In this document: piece after piece, positions 19,836-28,916 of the stretch
Layout: each line of letters starts with the position of its first letter
How positions within the stretch are numbered: position 1 is the first letter of the stretch
Assembly: GCA_024641245.1 (NCBI GenBank)
Contig: JAHEDK010000011.1
Span: 11,015-75,014 of the forward strand
Reading direction: 5' to 3'
From: Actinomycetes bacterium
GTDB lineage: Bacteria > Actinomycetota > Acidimicrobiia > Spongiisociales > JAHEDJ01
DNA length: 64,000 bases
Program-made: the position numbers and the translations under genes
Notes under the pieces: generated by a model
Told to the model about the DNA's origin: nothing
Seen by the model: only the letters and a program-made list of their open reading frames with translations
Database searches by the model: none

Positions 19836-20315
19836 ATGGTGCAGAACACGATGGCGAGACATCAACGGTCACGTCTAGACGAGACGGACAGAGCCATCAT
19901 CCGCAGTCTCCAGAGCGATGGCCGCATGCCGTTCTCGAGGCTCGGACCGCTGGTTGATCTCTCCCCGGCGGCCGTCCGACAGCGCGTATTGCAGCTCATG
20001 GAAGATGGGGTCATGTCCATCGTGGCGGTGACCGATCCGACTGCCATCGGCCATCGTGTTCAGGTGATGCTCGGTATCAAGGTCCAGGGCGACATCGACC
20101 GGGTCGTCGGGGACCTCGAAGCTCAGGCCGAAGTCGTGTATCTGGTCGTCACGGCCGGCCGATTCGATCTGCTCGCCGAGATCGTATGCGAGGACACCAC
20201 ACGGTTGCTCGAGATTTTGCAAGGAATCCGCATGCAACCGGGCGTGCAGTCGGCGGAGGTCTTTTCGTATCTCCGCCTCGCCAAGCAGACCTACAACTGG
20301 GGGGTACCTGAATGA
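19836..20315 (+). CDS. Lrp/AsnC-family transcriptional regulator
   Basis: HTH N-terminus (LDETDRAIIRSLQSDGRMPFSRLGPLVDLSPAAVRQRV) plus RAM/ACT-like C-terminal domain. Confidence 0.8.
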   Translation: MVQNTMARHQRSRLDETDRAIIRSLQSDGRMPFSRLGPLVDLSPAAVRQRVLQLMEDGVMSIVAVTDPTAIGHRVQVMLGIKVQGDIDRVVGDLEAQAEVVYLVVTAGRFDLLAEIVCEDTTRLLEILQGIRMQPGVQSAEVFSYLRLAKQTYNWGVPE

Positions 20316-20361
20316 ACGACCCGTTTTCGAGAACAATCACGAACACCCGCGGAGGAATCAG

Positions 20362-21723
20362 ATGACCGCCCACATCGACCGAGATCGCATCGAGCGTCTC
20401 ACGAAACAGATGGAAGAGAAACTCCTGGAACAGACCCGTCGGTCGGGTGAGTTCGTGGAAGAGGCCAAGCGGGTCCTGCCGGCCGGCGTCGCCTCTTCGT
20501 TCCAGGACCAGCCTCCGCATCCGGTGTACATCGTTGAAGGGCACGGTTCGCGCGTCGTCGATCTCGACGGCAACGACTACGCCGACTATCACAACGGCTT
20601 CGGCGTGATGGTCGTGGGTCACGCGCATCCGGTTATCGCCGACGCCATCGCAGCCGCTGCTCAAAAGGGAACCCATTTTGCGGCGCCGAATCAATCGGCG
20701 GTGCGGGTGGCAACGGAACTCTCCAGAAGGTTCCGCCTGCCCAAAGTCCGTTTCTCGAATTCGGGCACCGAGGCAACGCTCGACGCCGTCCGGTTGGGCC
20801 GGGCCTTCACCGGGAAAGATGCCATCGTCAAGATCGAGGGTTCATATCACGGGCATCATGATGCCGTGATGGTGTCGGTGGGGCCGGCCGCCGACAAGAT
20901 GGGCCCCAGGGCCCATCCGGTCTCTGTTCCGCAGACCGCCGGAATCCCATCCGCGTTGCTGGACCTCACCGTGGTCATCCCGTTCAACGACCCCGACGCA
21001 CTGGATGCGGTGCTGACCGAACACAGTGATATCGGGACGATGATCATCGAACCGATCATGCTCAACATCGGAGTCGTTCCCCCGCTCGAGGGGTATCTCG
21101 AATCGGTGCGCGAGATCACACGGAAACATGGCGTGGTGCTGATTTTCGATGAAGTGAAGACGGGGGCAACCATCGCGGCAGGCGGTGTCGTCGAACGCTA
21201 CGGGGTCGTGCCGGATCTCATCGCGCTGGCCAAGGCGACGGGGGGCGGTACCCCGATCGGTGCGGTGCTCGGCACCGATGAGATCATGGCCCAGATCAGC
21301 GACGGGACGGTGACGCAGATCGGCACGTTCAACGGGAACCCGCTCACCATGGCGGCGGCTGAGGCGACGCTGACCCAGGTCCTCAGCCCCGGCGCGTACC
21401 AGCGCCTCGAGGAAGCCGGCGATCGGATTCTGGCCGGGTGTCAGGACGTGGTCGATCGCTACGGCCTGCCGGCCTACGCAGTCGGCATGTCCTCCAAGGG
21501 ATGTGTCATGTTCTCCACCGAACGGGTGGTGGACTATCGGTCGTACATTGCCGGGTTCGACGAGGGCCTCAACTACCTGGGTTGGCTGTATCACATGACC
21601 AACGGTGTGTACATGACGCCGGGGGCCGATGAGCAATGGACCCTCTCGGTTGCGCACTCGGACGAGGAGCTCGATCACTACGTGGCGGTCTTCGAGGAGT
21701 TCGCCAAGGATGTGACTTCCTGA
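20362..21723 (+). CDS. class-III (aspartate aminotransferase family) PLP-dependent aminotransferase, GSA-aminomutase-like
   Basis: 453 aa; fold-type I PLP enzyme with ...LIFDEVKTG... (PLP-lysine region); GGAGG RBS. Confidence 0.8.
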   Translation: MTAHIDRDRIERLTKQMEEKLLEQTRRSGEFVEEAKRVLPAGVASSFQDQPPHPVYIVEGHGSRVVDLDGNDYADYHNGFGVMVVGHAHPVIADAIAAAAQKGTHFAAPNQSAVRVATELSRRFRLPKVRFSNSGTEATLDAVRLGRAFTGKDAIVKIEGSYHGHHDAVMVSVGPAADKMGPRAHPVSVPQTAGIPSALLDLTVVIPFNDPDALDAVLTEHSDIGTMIIEPIMLNIGVVPPLEGYLESVREITRKHGVVLIFDEVKTGATIAAGGVVERYGVVPDLIALAKATGGGTPIGAVLGTDEIMAQISDGTVTQIGTFNGNPLTMAAAEATLTQVLSPGAYQRLEEAGDRILAGCQDVVDRYGLPAYAVGMSSKGCVMFSTERVVDYRSYIAGFDEGLNYLGWLYHMTNGVYMTPGADEQWTLSVAHSDEELDHYVAVFEEFAKDVTS

Positions 21724-21753
21724 CCCAGGCGTCGAGCAGCACTGAGGAGCCGT

Positions 21754-23382
21754 ATGGAGTCTGAGCACCCGGCCGACTTGATTGTGCGCGGTGGCCCTGT
21801 CGTCACCATGGCTCGGAGCTTCCCCGAAGGTGATCAACTGGTCGTTCGCGGCGGAGAGATCATCGAGACTTCCGGCCGCATCGATCGATGGCTCGGGCCG
21901 GCGACTGAGATCATCGAGCTGGATGGCCGGATGGTTCTCCCGGGATTCCAGGACGCGCATGTTCATCCCTCGATCGGCGGGCTCAATCTCCTGCGCTGCA
22001 ACCTGGCAGGCGACCCCGATCGCCACGCCTACCTGGACACCATCCGACGATATTCCGACGACCACCCGGATCGGGAGTGGATTCTCGGAGGTGGATGGGG
22101 CATGGATCACTTCCCGAACGGAACTCCAACCAAGGACGAACTCGACCGGGTGGTTGCCGATCGCCCGGTATTCCTCGTGAACCGAGACGGCCACGGCGCA
22201 TGGGTCAACTCGAAGGCTCTGGAACTGGCCGGCATCGGACGGTACACCGACGATCCGGCCGACGGCCGAATCGAGCGAGGAGCGGGAGGAGATCCCATCG
22301 GCTGCCTGCAGGAAGGGGCCATGGATCTCGTCGAAAGGTTGGTGCCTGAGACAACGGATACCGAACTGCAACAGGCACTGACGGAAGGGCAGAACTACCT
22401 ATTGTCGCTGGGGGTCACGGCCTGGCAGGATGCCTGGGTAACCCCACAGGTCGAAGAGGCCTATAGAACTCTTGCGTCGGGCGGGAGCCTGAAAGCACGG
22501 GTGGTCGGCGCGCTCTGGTGGGAACGGGATCGAGGTGAGGAGCAGATCGTAGAGCTCCAGCAACGGATGGCCAAGGGGTCGGCCGGTCGATTCAAACCCG
22601 GCGCAGTGAAGATCATGCTCGACGGCATCGCCGAGAACTTCACGGCCGCGCTACTCGAGCCATACCGAGGCGCAGACGGTCAACCAACCACGAACGACGG
22701 CCTCGACTTCATTGATCCGTCGCGGCTCGGCCGATACGTAACGTCGTTGGACGCCGCCGGGTTTCAGGTCCACTTCCATGCGATTGGTGATCGCGCCGTC
22801 CGAAATGCCCTGGACGCCGTCGACCAGGCCAGACGGGTAAACGGCGCATCGGATGGTCGCCATCACATCGCCCATCTCCAGGTGGTCCACCCGGACGACA
22901 TCCCTCGATTCCGCCTGCTCGACGTGGTGGCCAACGCGCAGCCGTTCTGGGCGGTGCACGAGGAACAGCAGGATCGCCTCACTGCTCCGTTCCTCGGTCC
23001 ACAGCGCAGCGGATGGCAATACCCCTGGCACAGCCTGGTCGGCAGTGGCGCTCGTCTTGCGTTCGGAAGCGACTGGTCGGTATCCACCCCGAATCCGCTG
23101 GCGATCATCGAAACCGCGGTGAGGCGCGTGTCGCCGTTCGACCGCGCGGCTACCGAGTTCTATCCCGAGGAAAGGATCGATCTTGGAGTCGCCTTGCAGG
23201 CGGCCACCAGAGGAAGCGCCTACGTGAATCATCTCGACCACCTGACCGGGACTCTGGAAACGGGCAAGCTGGCCGACTTCGTCGTTCTGGACCGTGACAT
23301 CCGAAACGGCCCTGTGAATGAGATCGCTGACGCACGAGTCGAGATGACGTTCATCGAAGGCGAGTGCGTCTATGAGAACTGA
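21754..23382 (+). CDS. amidohydrolase-family (amidohydrolase 3/YtcJ-like) metal-dependent hydrolase
   Basis: 542 aa; N-terminal FQDAHVHP metal-binding motif, ...HFHAIGD..., C-terminal ...AFGSDW...; GAGGAG RBS. Confidence 0.8.
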   Translation: MESEHPADLIVRGGPVVTMARSFPEGDQLVVRGGEIIETSGRIDRWLGPATEIIELDGRMVLPGFQDAHVHPSIGGLNLLRCNLAGDPDRHAYLDTIRRYSDDHPDREWILGGGWGMDHFPNGTPTKDELDRVVADRPVFLVNRDGHGAWVNSKALELAGIGRYTDDPADGRIERGAGGDPIGCLQEGAMDLVERLVPETTDTELQQALTEGQNYLLSLGVTAWQDAWVTPQVEEAYRTLASGGSLKARVVGALWWERDRGEEQIVELQQRMAKGSAGRFKPGAVKIMLDGIAENFTAALLEPYRGADGQPTTNDGLDFIDPSRLGRYVTSLDAAGFQVHFHAIGDRAVRNALDAVDQARRVNGASDGRHHIAHLQVVHPDDIPRFRLLDVVANAQPFWAVHEEQQDRLTAPFLGPQRSGWQYPWHSLVGSGARLAFGSDWSVSTPNPLAIIETAVRRVSPFDRAATEFYPEERIDLGVALQAATRGSAYVNHLDHLTGTLETGKLADFVVLDRDIRNGPVNEIADARVEMTFIEGECVYEN

Positions 23383-23392
23383 AGGGTGACCA

Positions 23393-25906
23393 ATGACTGG
23401 TGAGAGAGGGCGGAGAATGGTGCGCTCGGACGTGACGCCCGGCATCGCGTCGGGCAAGGCGCTCCCCGACAGGGCGCGAGTGGTCATCATCGGAGGCGGC
23501 GTGATCGGTGCCAGCGTCGCCTATCACCTCACCAAGCTCGGATGGCGTGACGTGGTCCTGTTGGAGCGCGATCAGCTCAACTCCGGTACCACCTGGCACG
23601 CGGCCGGTCTCATCGTCTCGGGAGGCATGACAACGCAGACGCTGGCCTGGATGGCGAAGTACTCGCGCGACCTCTTCGAGGTTCTCGAGGAGGAGACCGG
23701 TCTCTCGACGGGTTTTCGCCCGGTTGGATACCTGCAGACGGGGAGCACGAAAGAGCGAACGCACAAGCTCCGCCGCGAAGCGGACTTCATGCGATTGATG
23801 GGGATCGATCGCCAGGAGATCTCGCCTGCTGAGGTTGCCGCGCTGTGGCCTCAGGTCGACGCCAAGGATGTCATGGCTGGCTTCTTCACTGCCAACGAGG
23901 GTAGGGCCGATCCCTCGAGCGTGACGCTGTCCCTGGCCAAAGGGGCAAGGATGGGAGGCGCTCGCGTTCTCGAAGGCACTCGCGTGACCGGGATCACCCA
24001 GAAGGACGGTCGCGTTACCGGGGTCGTAACCGACCAGGGGACGATTGAGGCCGAGTACGTCGTCAACTGCGCTGGGATGTGGGCGAAGCAGGTCGGGGCC
24101 ATGGCCGGCGTCTCGGTGCCACTTCAGGCGATCGAGCATGCGTACTTGATCAGCGAGCCATTCGAAGGGGTGTCGCGGGATCTGCCGATTTTCGAAGACC
24201 CGGATCGGTTCGCCTATTACCGCGAGGAGGTTGGAGGTCTCATGGTGGGTCTCTTCGAGCCGGTGGCGGCCCCTTGGTCGCTCGACGAGATTCCCCATGA
24301 TTTCAGCTTCGGTGAGATACCGTCGGACTGGGATCGGCTCGCACCCTTCCTGGAATACGCGATGGAAATCCTGCCGAATCTGGCCAACGTGGGTATTCGC
24401 AAGCTATTCACCGGTCCTGAAAGCTTCACTCCGGATAATGGATTCCTCATCGGGGAAGCGCCCGAACTGGATAACTTCTTCGTGGCCGCCGGCTTCAATT
24501 CCTTGGGAATCCTCACCGGCGGGGGTGCCGGGTCGATAGTCGCCGGCTGGATCGTCGATGGTCATCCGCCGGTCGACGTCACCGACATTGATGTCGCCCG
24601 TTTGCTGCCGTTTCAGACGAACCGCCCGTATCTGGCGGAACGCAGCGTCGAGTTGCTCGGCAGGCTTCATTCGACGGGCTCATGGCCGCACTCCCACCCG
24701 ACCACGGCTCGAAACGTGCGGCGCTCCGCGGTGCACGAACGACTCGAGAAGGCCGGAGCTCACTTTGCGGATTCTGCCGGATGGGAAAATGCCGCCTGGT
24801 TCGCACCGCCCGGCGCCCAGATCGGGTACCAGCAGACGTACGCCCGCAAGGAGTGGTTCGAGTTCCATGCAGCCGAGCACAGGGCGGTCCGCGAACGTGT
24901 GGCGCTGTTCGACCTATCGTCGATGTCGAAGTTCCTCCTGCAAGGCCCCGATGCCGAGAGTTCTCTCAATCACCTGGCAGGCAACAACGTCGCCGTCCCG
25001 GTCGGGCAGTGCGTCTACACGCAGTTCCTGAACGAGCGGGGAGGAGTGGAAGCCGACGTGACGGTGACCCGGATGGCGGGGGATCGGTTCTTCATCGTCG
25101 CCGCCGAGGCTTTTCACCGGAGGGTCGAGAAGATGCTGCGCGGGTGTATACCCGCGGACGCCCGCGCCTATGTGACAGACGTAACCTCCGGCTTCACCCT
25201 TCTGAGCGTGCAGGGCCCCGAGTCGCGCAATCTTCTGAGGAGCATCACGACCGCCGGACTGACGAACGATGTCTTCCCCTACTTCACGGGGCAGGAAATC
25301 GACATACACATGGCTAGGGGTTGGGCGCTGAGGATGAGCTTTGTCGGTGAACTCGGATGGGAACTCTACGTCCCCACCGAATTCGCCCTCGGCGTGTACG
25401 ACCGGATCATCGAAGCCGGAGGCGAGTTCGGCCTTGCTCACGCCGGCATCGAGACACTCGAGAGCGCCCGGACCGAAGCGGGCAGGCGAGACTACGGGCT
25501 CGACATGGAGAACAGCGACACAGCTCTCGAAGCAGGTCTCGGCTTCGCCGTCGATTTCGATAAACCGGGCGGGTTTGTCGGTCGCCGGGCACTCCTGGCG
25601 CAGCGGGAAACCCGGCCGCTGAAGTCCCGGCTGGTCCAGTTCCTTCTCGAAGATCCCGAACCACTGCTGTACGGTGAAGAACCCATTCTGCGCGACGGGG
25701 CGGCGGTTGGCTACCTTCGATCGGGCGCCTACGGACACACACTCGGAGGCGCCATGGGATTCGGCTACGTTGAACACGCCGACGGTGTGACCCCGGACCT
25801 ACTCCGCGCCGGTGGCTTCGAGATTCTGGTGGCGGGTGAACGATTCCCGGCCAGAGCGTCGCTCCGACCGATGTACGACCCCAAGGCCGAACGTGTGCGA
25901 ATGTGA
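23393..25906 (+). CDS. dimethylglycine/sarcosine-dehydrogenase-like FAD oxidoreductase fused to a GcvT aminomethyltransferase (folate-binding) domain
   Basis: 837 aa; N-terminal DAO FAD motif VVIIGGGVIGASVAYHL, C-terminal GcvT domain (...ALFDLSSMSKFLLQGPDA...). Confidence 0.85.
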   Translation: MTGERGRRMVRSDVTPGIASGKALPDRARVVIIGGGVIGASVAYHLTKLGWRDVVLLERDQLNSGTTWHAAGLIVSGGMTTQTLAWMAKYSRDLFEVLEEETGLSTGFRPVGYLQTGSTKERTHKLRREADFMRLMGIDRQEISPAEVAALWPQVDAKDVMAGFFTANEGRADPSSVTLSLAKGARMGGARVLEGTRVTGITQKDGRVTGVVTDQGTIEAEYVVNCAGMWAKQVGAMAGVSVPLQAIEHAYLISEPFEGVSRDLPIFEDPDRFAYYREEVGGLMVGLFEPVAAPWSLDEIPHDFSFGEIPSDWDRLAPFLEYAMEILPNLANVGIRKLFTGPESFTPDNGFLIGEAPELDNFFVAAGFNSLGILTGGGAGSIVAGWIVDGHPPVDVTDIDVARLLPFQTNRPYLAERSVELLGRLHSTGSWPHSHPTTARNVRRSAVHERLEKAGAHFADSAGWENAAWFAPPGAQIGYQQTYARKEWFEFHAAEHRAVRERVALFDLSSMSKFLLQGPDAESSLNHLAGNNVAVPVGQCVYTQFLNERGGVEADVTVTRMAGDRFFIVAAEAFHRRVEKMLRGCIPADARAYVTDVTSGFTLLSVQGPESRNLLRSITTAGLTNDVFPYFTGQEIDIHMARGWALRMSFVGELGWELYVPTEFALGVYDRIIEAGGEFGLAHAGIETLESARTEAGRRDYGLDMENSDTALEAGLGFAVDFDKPGGFVGRRALLAQRETRPLKSRLVQFLLEDPEPLLYGEEPILRDGAAVGYLRSGAYGHTLGGAMGFGYVEHADGVTPDLLRAGGFEILVAGERFPARASLRPMYDPKAERVRM

Positions 25907-25953
25907 AGTGGCTTCGTTGACCGCCAACCGAACCGACCGAGGGAGCAGGCGCG

Positions 25954-27360
25954 ATGGGAAGTGAAAGCTGGGCGATGCAGGCATTGGCCGGCGCCAAGCC
26001 CGCCGTGTTTTGGTCCGACCGCCAGGACGCTCCACCACCGGCGCCTTTTCTCAATGGCGAGGTCAAAGCAGATCTCACAGTGATCGGCGGCGGCCTGACC
26101 GGCCTGTGGACGGCCGTTCAGGCTCTCGAGGACCAGCCCAACCTGAGCGTCGTCCTACTCGAAGCACAGCGATGCGGCTTCGGCGCCAGCTCCCGCAACG
26201 GTGGATTCTGTGACGGCTCACTCACCCATGGCCTCAGAAATGGGCTGTCCCACTGGCCGGATGAAATCAAGGGTCTGATCCGGCTTGGGCGCGAGAACCT
26301 CAAGGGCATCGATGCCAGCATCAGCCGCTATGGGATCAACGCCGATTACCGGAGGGCAGCAGAAATCGACGTAGCGACGGAAGCCTGGCATGTCGAGGCG
26401 TTGGAGGAAGCGGTCGAAGAGCACGTGCAATTCGGAGATGACGTTGAGTTGGTCGGAGCCGATGAGATGCAGACCCGGATCCATTCTCCGACCTACCTGG
26501 GTGGCCTCATTCGCCACAACGACATAGCTCTGGTTGACCCTGCCCGTCTTTGTTGGGGCCTGCGTCGAGCGGCGGAGTCGCTGGGTGCCACGCTCTACGA
26601 AAACTCACCGGTCGTCGCGGTGGAGAGCGACGGCCCGGACCTGAAAGTCGTCACTTCGACCGGCGCCGTCCGCAGCGGGCGAGTCGTGATGGCCACCAAC
26701 GCCTACGCCGGTCCTATTGGCCGGCCGCGCCGGTACATCATCCCGGTCTACGACCATGTTCTCATGACCCAACCTTTGAGTTCAGAACAGCTGACATCGA
26801 TCGGATGGCAGGGAAGGGAGGGTGTCGGGGACGTCTCGAACCAGTTCCATTACTACCGGCTGACCGAAGACAACAGGATTCTGTGGGGCGGTTACGACGC
26901 TACCTATCACTTCGGTAGCGATCTGGATCCGAAACATGATCAAAGCGAGGTCACGCACGGCATGTTGGCCGACCATTTCTTCGACACATTTCCCCAACTT
27001 GAGGGACTTCGGTTCACGCACCGTTGGGGTGGACCCGTTGCGACGACCTCGCACTTCGCCCCCACCTGGGGATCCGCCGGCGGTGGCCGTCTGATATGGG
27101 TGGGCGGCTACACAGGATTGGGTGTGGGTTCTAGCCGCTTCGGGGCGCGGGTAGCGTTGGATCTCGTTTTCGGACGGACCACGGAATACACCGAGTTGGA
27201 GATGGTGAGGAAGAAGCCGTTTCCGTTCCCACCCGAACCATTGCGGTGGGCAGTGGTCCAACTCACCCGCAAAGCCATCCAACGATCCGACCGTCGCGGT
27301 GGTAAACGCGGAGCCTGGCTCGGATTGCTCGACCGTTTTGGTGTGGGATTCGACTCGTGA
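25954..27360 (+). CDS. FAD-dependent oxidoreductase (DAO family, PuuB/OrdL gamma-glutamylputrescine-oxidase-like)
   Basis: DLTVIGGGLTGLWTA FAD motif, ...EAQRCGFGASSRNGG...; GAGGGAG RBS. Confidence 0.8.
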   Translation: MGSESWAMQALAGAKPAVFWSDRQDAPPPAPFLNGEVKADLTVIGGGLTGLWTAVQALEDQPNLSVVLLEAQRCGFGASSRNGGFCDGSLTHGLRNGLSHWPDEIKGLIRLGRENLKGIDASISRYGINADYRRAAEIDVATEAWHVEALEEAVEEHVQFGDDVELVGADEMQTRIHSPTYLGGLIRHNDIALVDPARLCWGLRRAAESLGATLYENSPVVAVESDGPDLKVVTSTGAVRSGRVVMATNAYAGPIGRPRRYIIPVYDHVLMTQPLSSEQLTSIGWQGREGVGDVSNQFHYYRLTEDNRILWGGYDATYHFGSDLDPKHDQSEVTHGMLADHFFDTFPQLEGLRFTHRWGGPVATTSHFAPTWGSAGGGRLIWVGGYTGLGVGSSRFGARVALDLVFGRTTEYTELEMVRKKPFPFPPEPLRWAVVQLTRKAIQRSDRRGGKRGAWLGLLDRFGVGFDS

Positions 27361-27418
27361 ACCCCACGCCTCACCATGTGATCAATAACCCAGGCGTATC
27401 GCGCCGACGCAAGGAGCT

Positions 27419-28804
27419 ATGGAAATGACCGTCGACTACCGCAGTCTTTCGTTTTGGCTGGATGCTCACCCCGGAACACTCGACCCACGCCCTCCGCTCG
27501 GGGGCGACACTCAAGTCGACGTGGCAATAGTCGGTGGCGGATACACCGGTTTGTGGACCGCCTACTACCTCCTCCGCCTGGATCCGAAATTGCGAGTACT
27601 GGTGATCGAGAAGGAGATTGTCGGTTTCGGCGCGTCGGGTCGTAACGGGGGTTGGTGTGTTGGTGAACTCGCCGCAGGCCCGGATCGACAGGAGAGGGTC
27701 GCCGGCAACGATGCCGCTCGCCGCCTGTTGCGAGAGGTCTTCGACTCCGTCGATGAGGTGGGGCGCGTTGCAGAGAGGGAGAGCATCGACTGTCACTTTG
27801 CCAAGGGGGGCACGATCCGGCTGGCTCGAAACCAGGCACAGTTGGCGCGCCAGCGAGCAGAAGTCGCCCACCATCAGCACACGTTCGGGCTCACCGACGA
27901 TGACCTCCACATGCTCGACGCCGGCGAAGCCAGGGCTCATCTCAACGCGACCGACGTAATTGGGGGTTTGTTCTACGCCCATACCGCCGCATTGGACCCT
28001 GCCCGACTCGTCCGGGGTCTGGGCGAAGCAGTGGAGCGGCAAGGCGGCACCATCGTCGAGCAGACCGGCGCCACCGCCATTGAGTCGGGTCGGGTCGTGA
28101 CCGAACTCGGCACAGTCAGGGCAGAGGTTGTTGTACGAGCCACTGAGGGCTACACCCCAACGCTCGAGGGCCACGGGCGCGCCCTGTCGCCCTTGTATTC
28201 CCTGATGGTGGCCACCGAACCGCTCGGCGACGACGTTTGGGCAGAAATCGGGCTGTCCGACCGGCAGACTTTCTCAGATGATCGTCACATGGTCATCTAC
28301 GGCCAGCGGACCGCGGATGGTCGAATTGCTTTCGGTGGGCGGGGTGCGCCCTATGGTTTCGGCTCCAGGATCGACCCGGCCATCGAGCAGCGATCGCGAA
28401 TACACGATCGGATTGTCGCCTCCCTGGTGGAGTTGTTCCCGATGCTCGAAGGGATCGGCATCACCCACCGCTGGGGCGGTGTGCTTGGTGTGCCGCGCGA
28501 CTGGTACCCGTCGGTCGGGTTCGATCGCACCACCGGGATCGCCTGGGCAGGCGGCTACGTCGGGGAGGGCGTATCTCCTTCCAACCTCGCCGGTCGTACA
28601 CTCGCCGATCTGATTACGGGCGCTGATTCCCCGCGGGTCGATCTGCCCTGGGTGGGGCACCGATCCCGCAAATGGGAACCCGAACCGATTCGCTGGCTGG
28701 CGATCAACGGTGCCCTGGCAGTGATGGGACAGGCCGACCGCTCTGAGTCGCGCTCCGGCAAGGACTCCACTCTCGCCAAGCTGATGTGGAAGTTGATGCG
28801 GTGA
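27419..28804 (+). CDS. FAD-dependent oxidoreductase (DAO family, PuuB/OrdL-like), paralog of 25954..27360
   Basis: VAIVGGGYTGLWTAYYL, ...EKEIVGFGASGRNGG...; AAGGAG RBS. Confidence 0.8.
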   Translation: MEMTVDYRSLSFWLDAHPGTLDPRPPLGGDTQVDVAIVGGGYTGLWTAYYLLRLDPKLRVLVIEKEIVGFGASGRNGGWCVGELAAGPDRQERVAGNDAARRLLREVFDSVDEVGRVAERESIDCHFAKGGTIRLARNQAQLARQRAEVAHHQHTFGLTDDDLHMLDAGEARAHLNATDVIGGLFYAHTAALDPARLVRGLGEAVERQGGTIVEQTGATAIESGRVVTELGTVRAEVVVRATEGYTPTLEGHGRALSPLYSLMVATEPLGDDVWAEIGLSDRQTFSDDRHMVIYGQRTADGRIAFGGRGAPYGFGSRIDPAIEQRSRIHDRIVASLVELFPMLEGIGITHRWGGVLGVPRDWYPSVGFDRTTGIAWAGGYVGEGVSPSNLAGRTLADLITGADSPRVDLPWVGHRSRKWEPEPIRWLAINGALAVMGQADRSESRSGKDSTLAKLMWKLMR

Positions 28805-28916
28805 TCGGATTCATTTCAACCAGTGAGCGTTCGGAGATGTCCCGGTTTGCAGGAGCGATACTCCGCCGACTCGATCGCAAATCAACTGGCGATCAACTCG
28901 AGACGGGACGGCAACC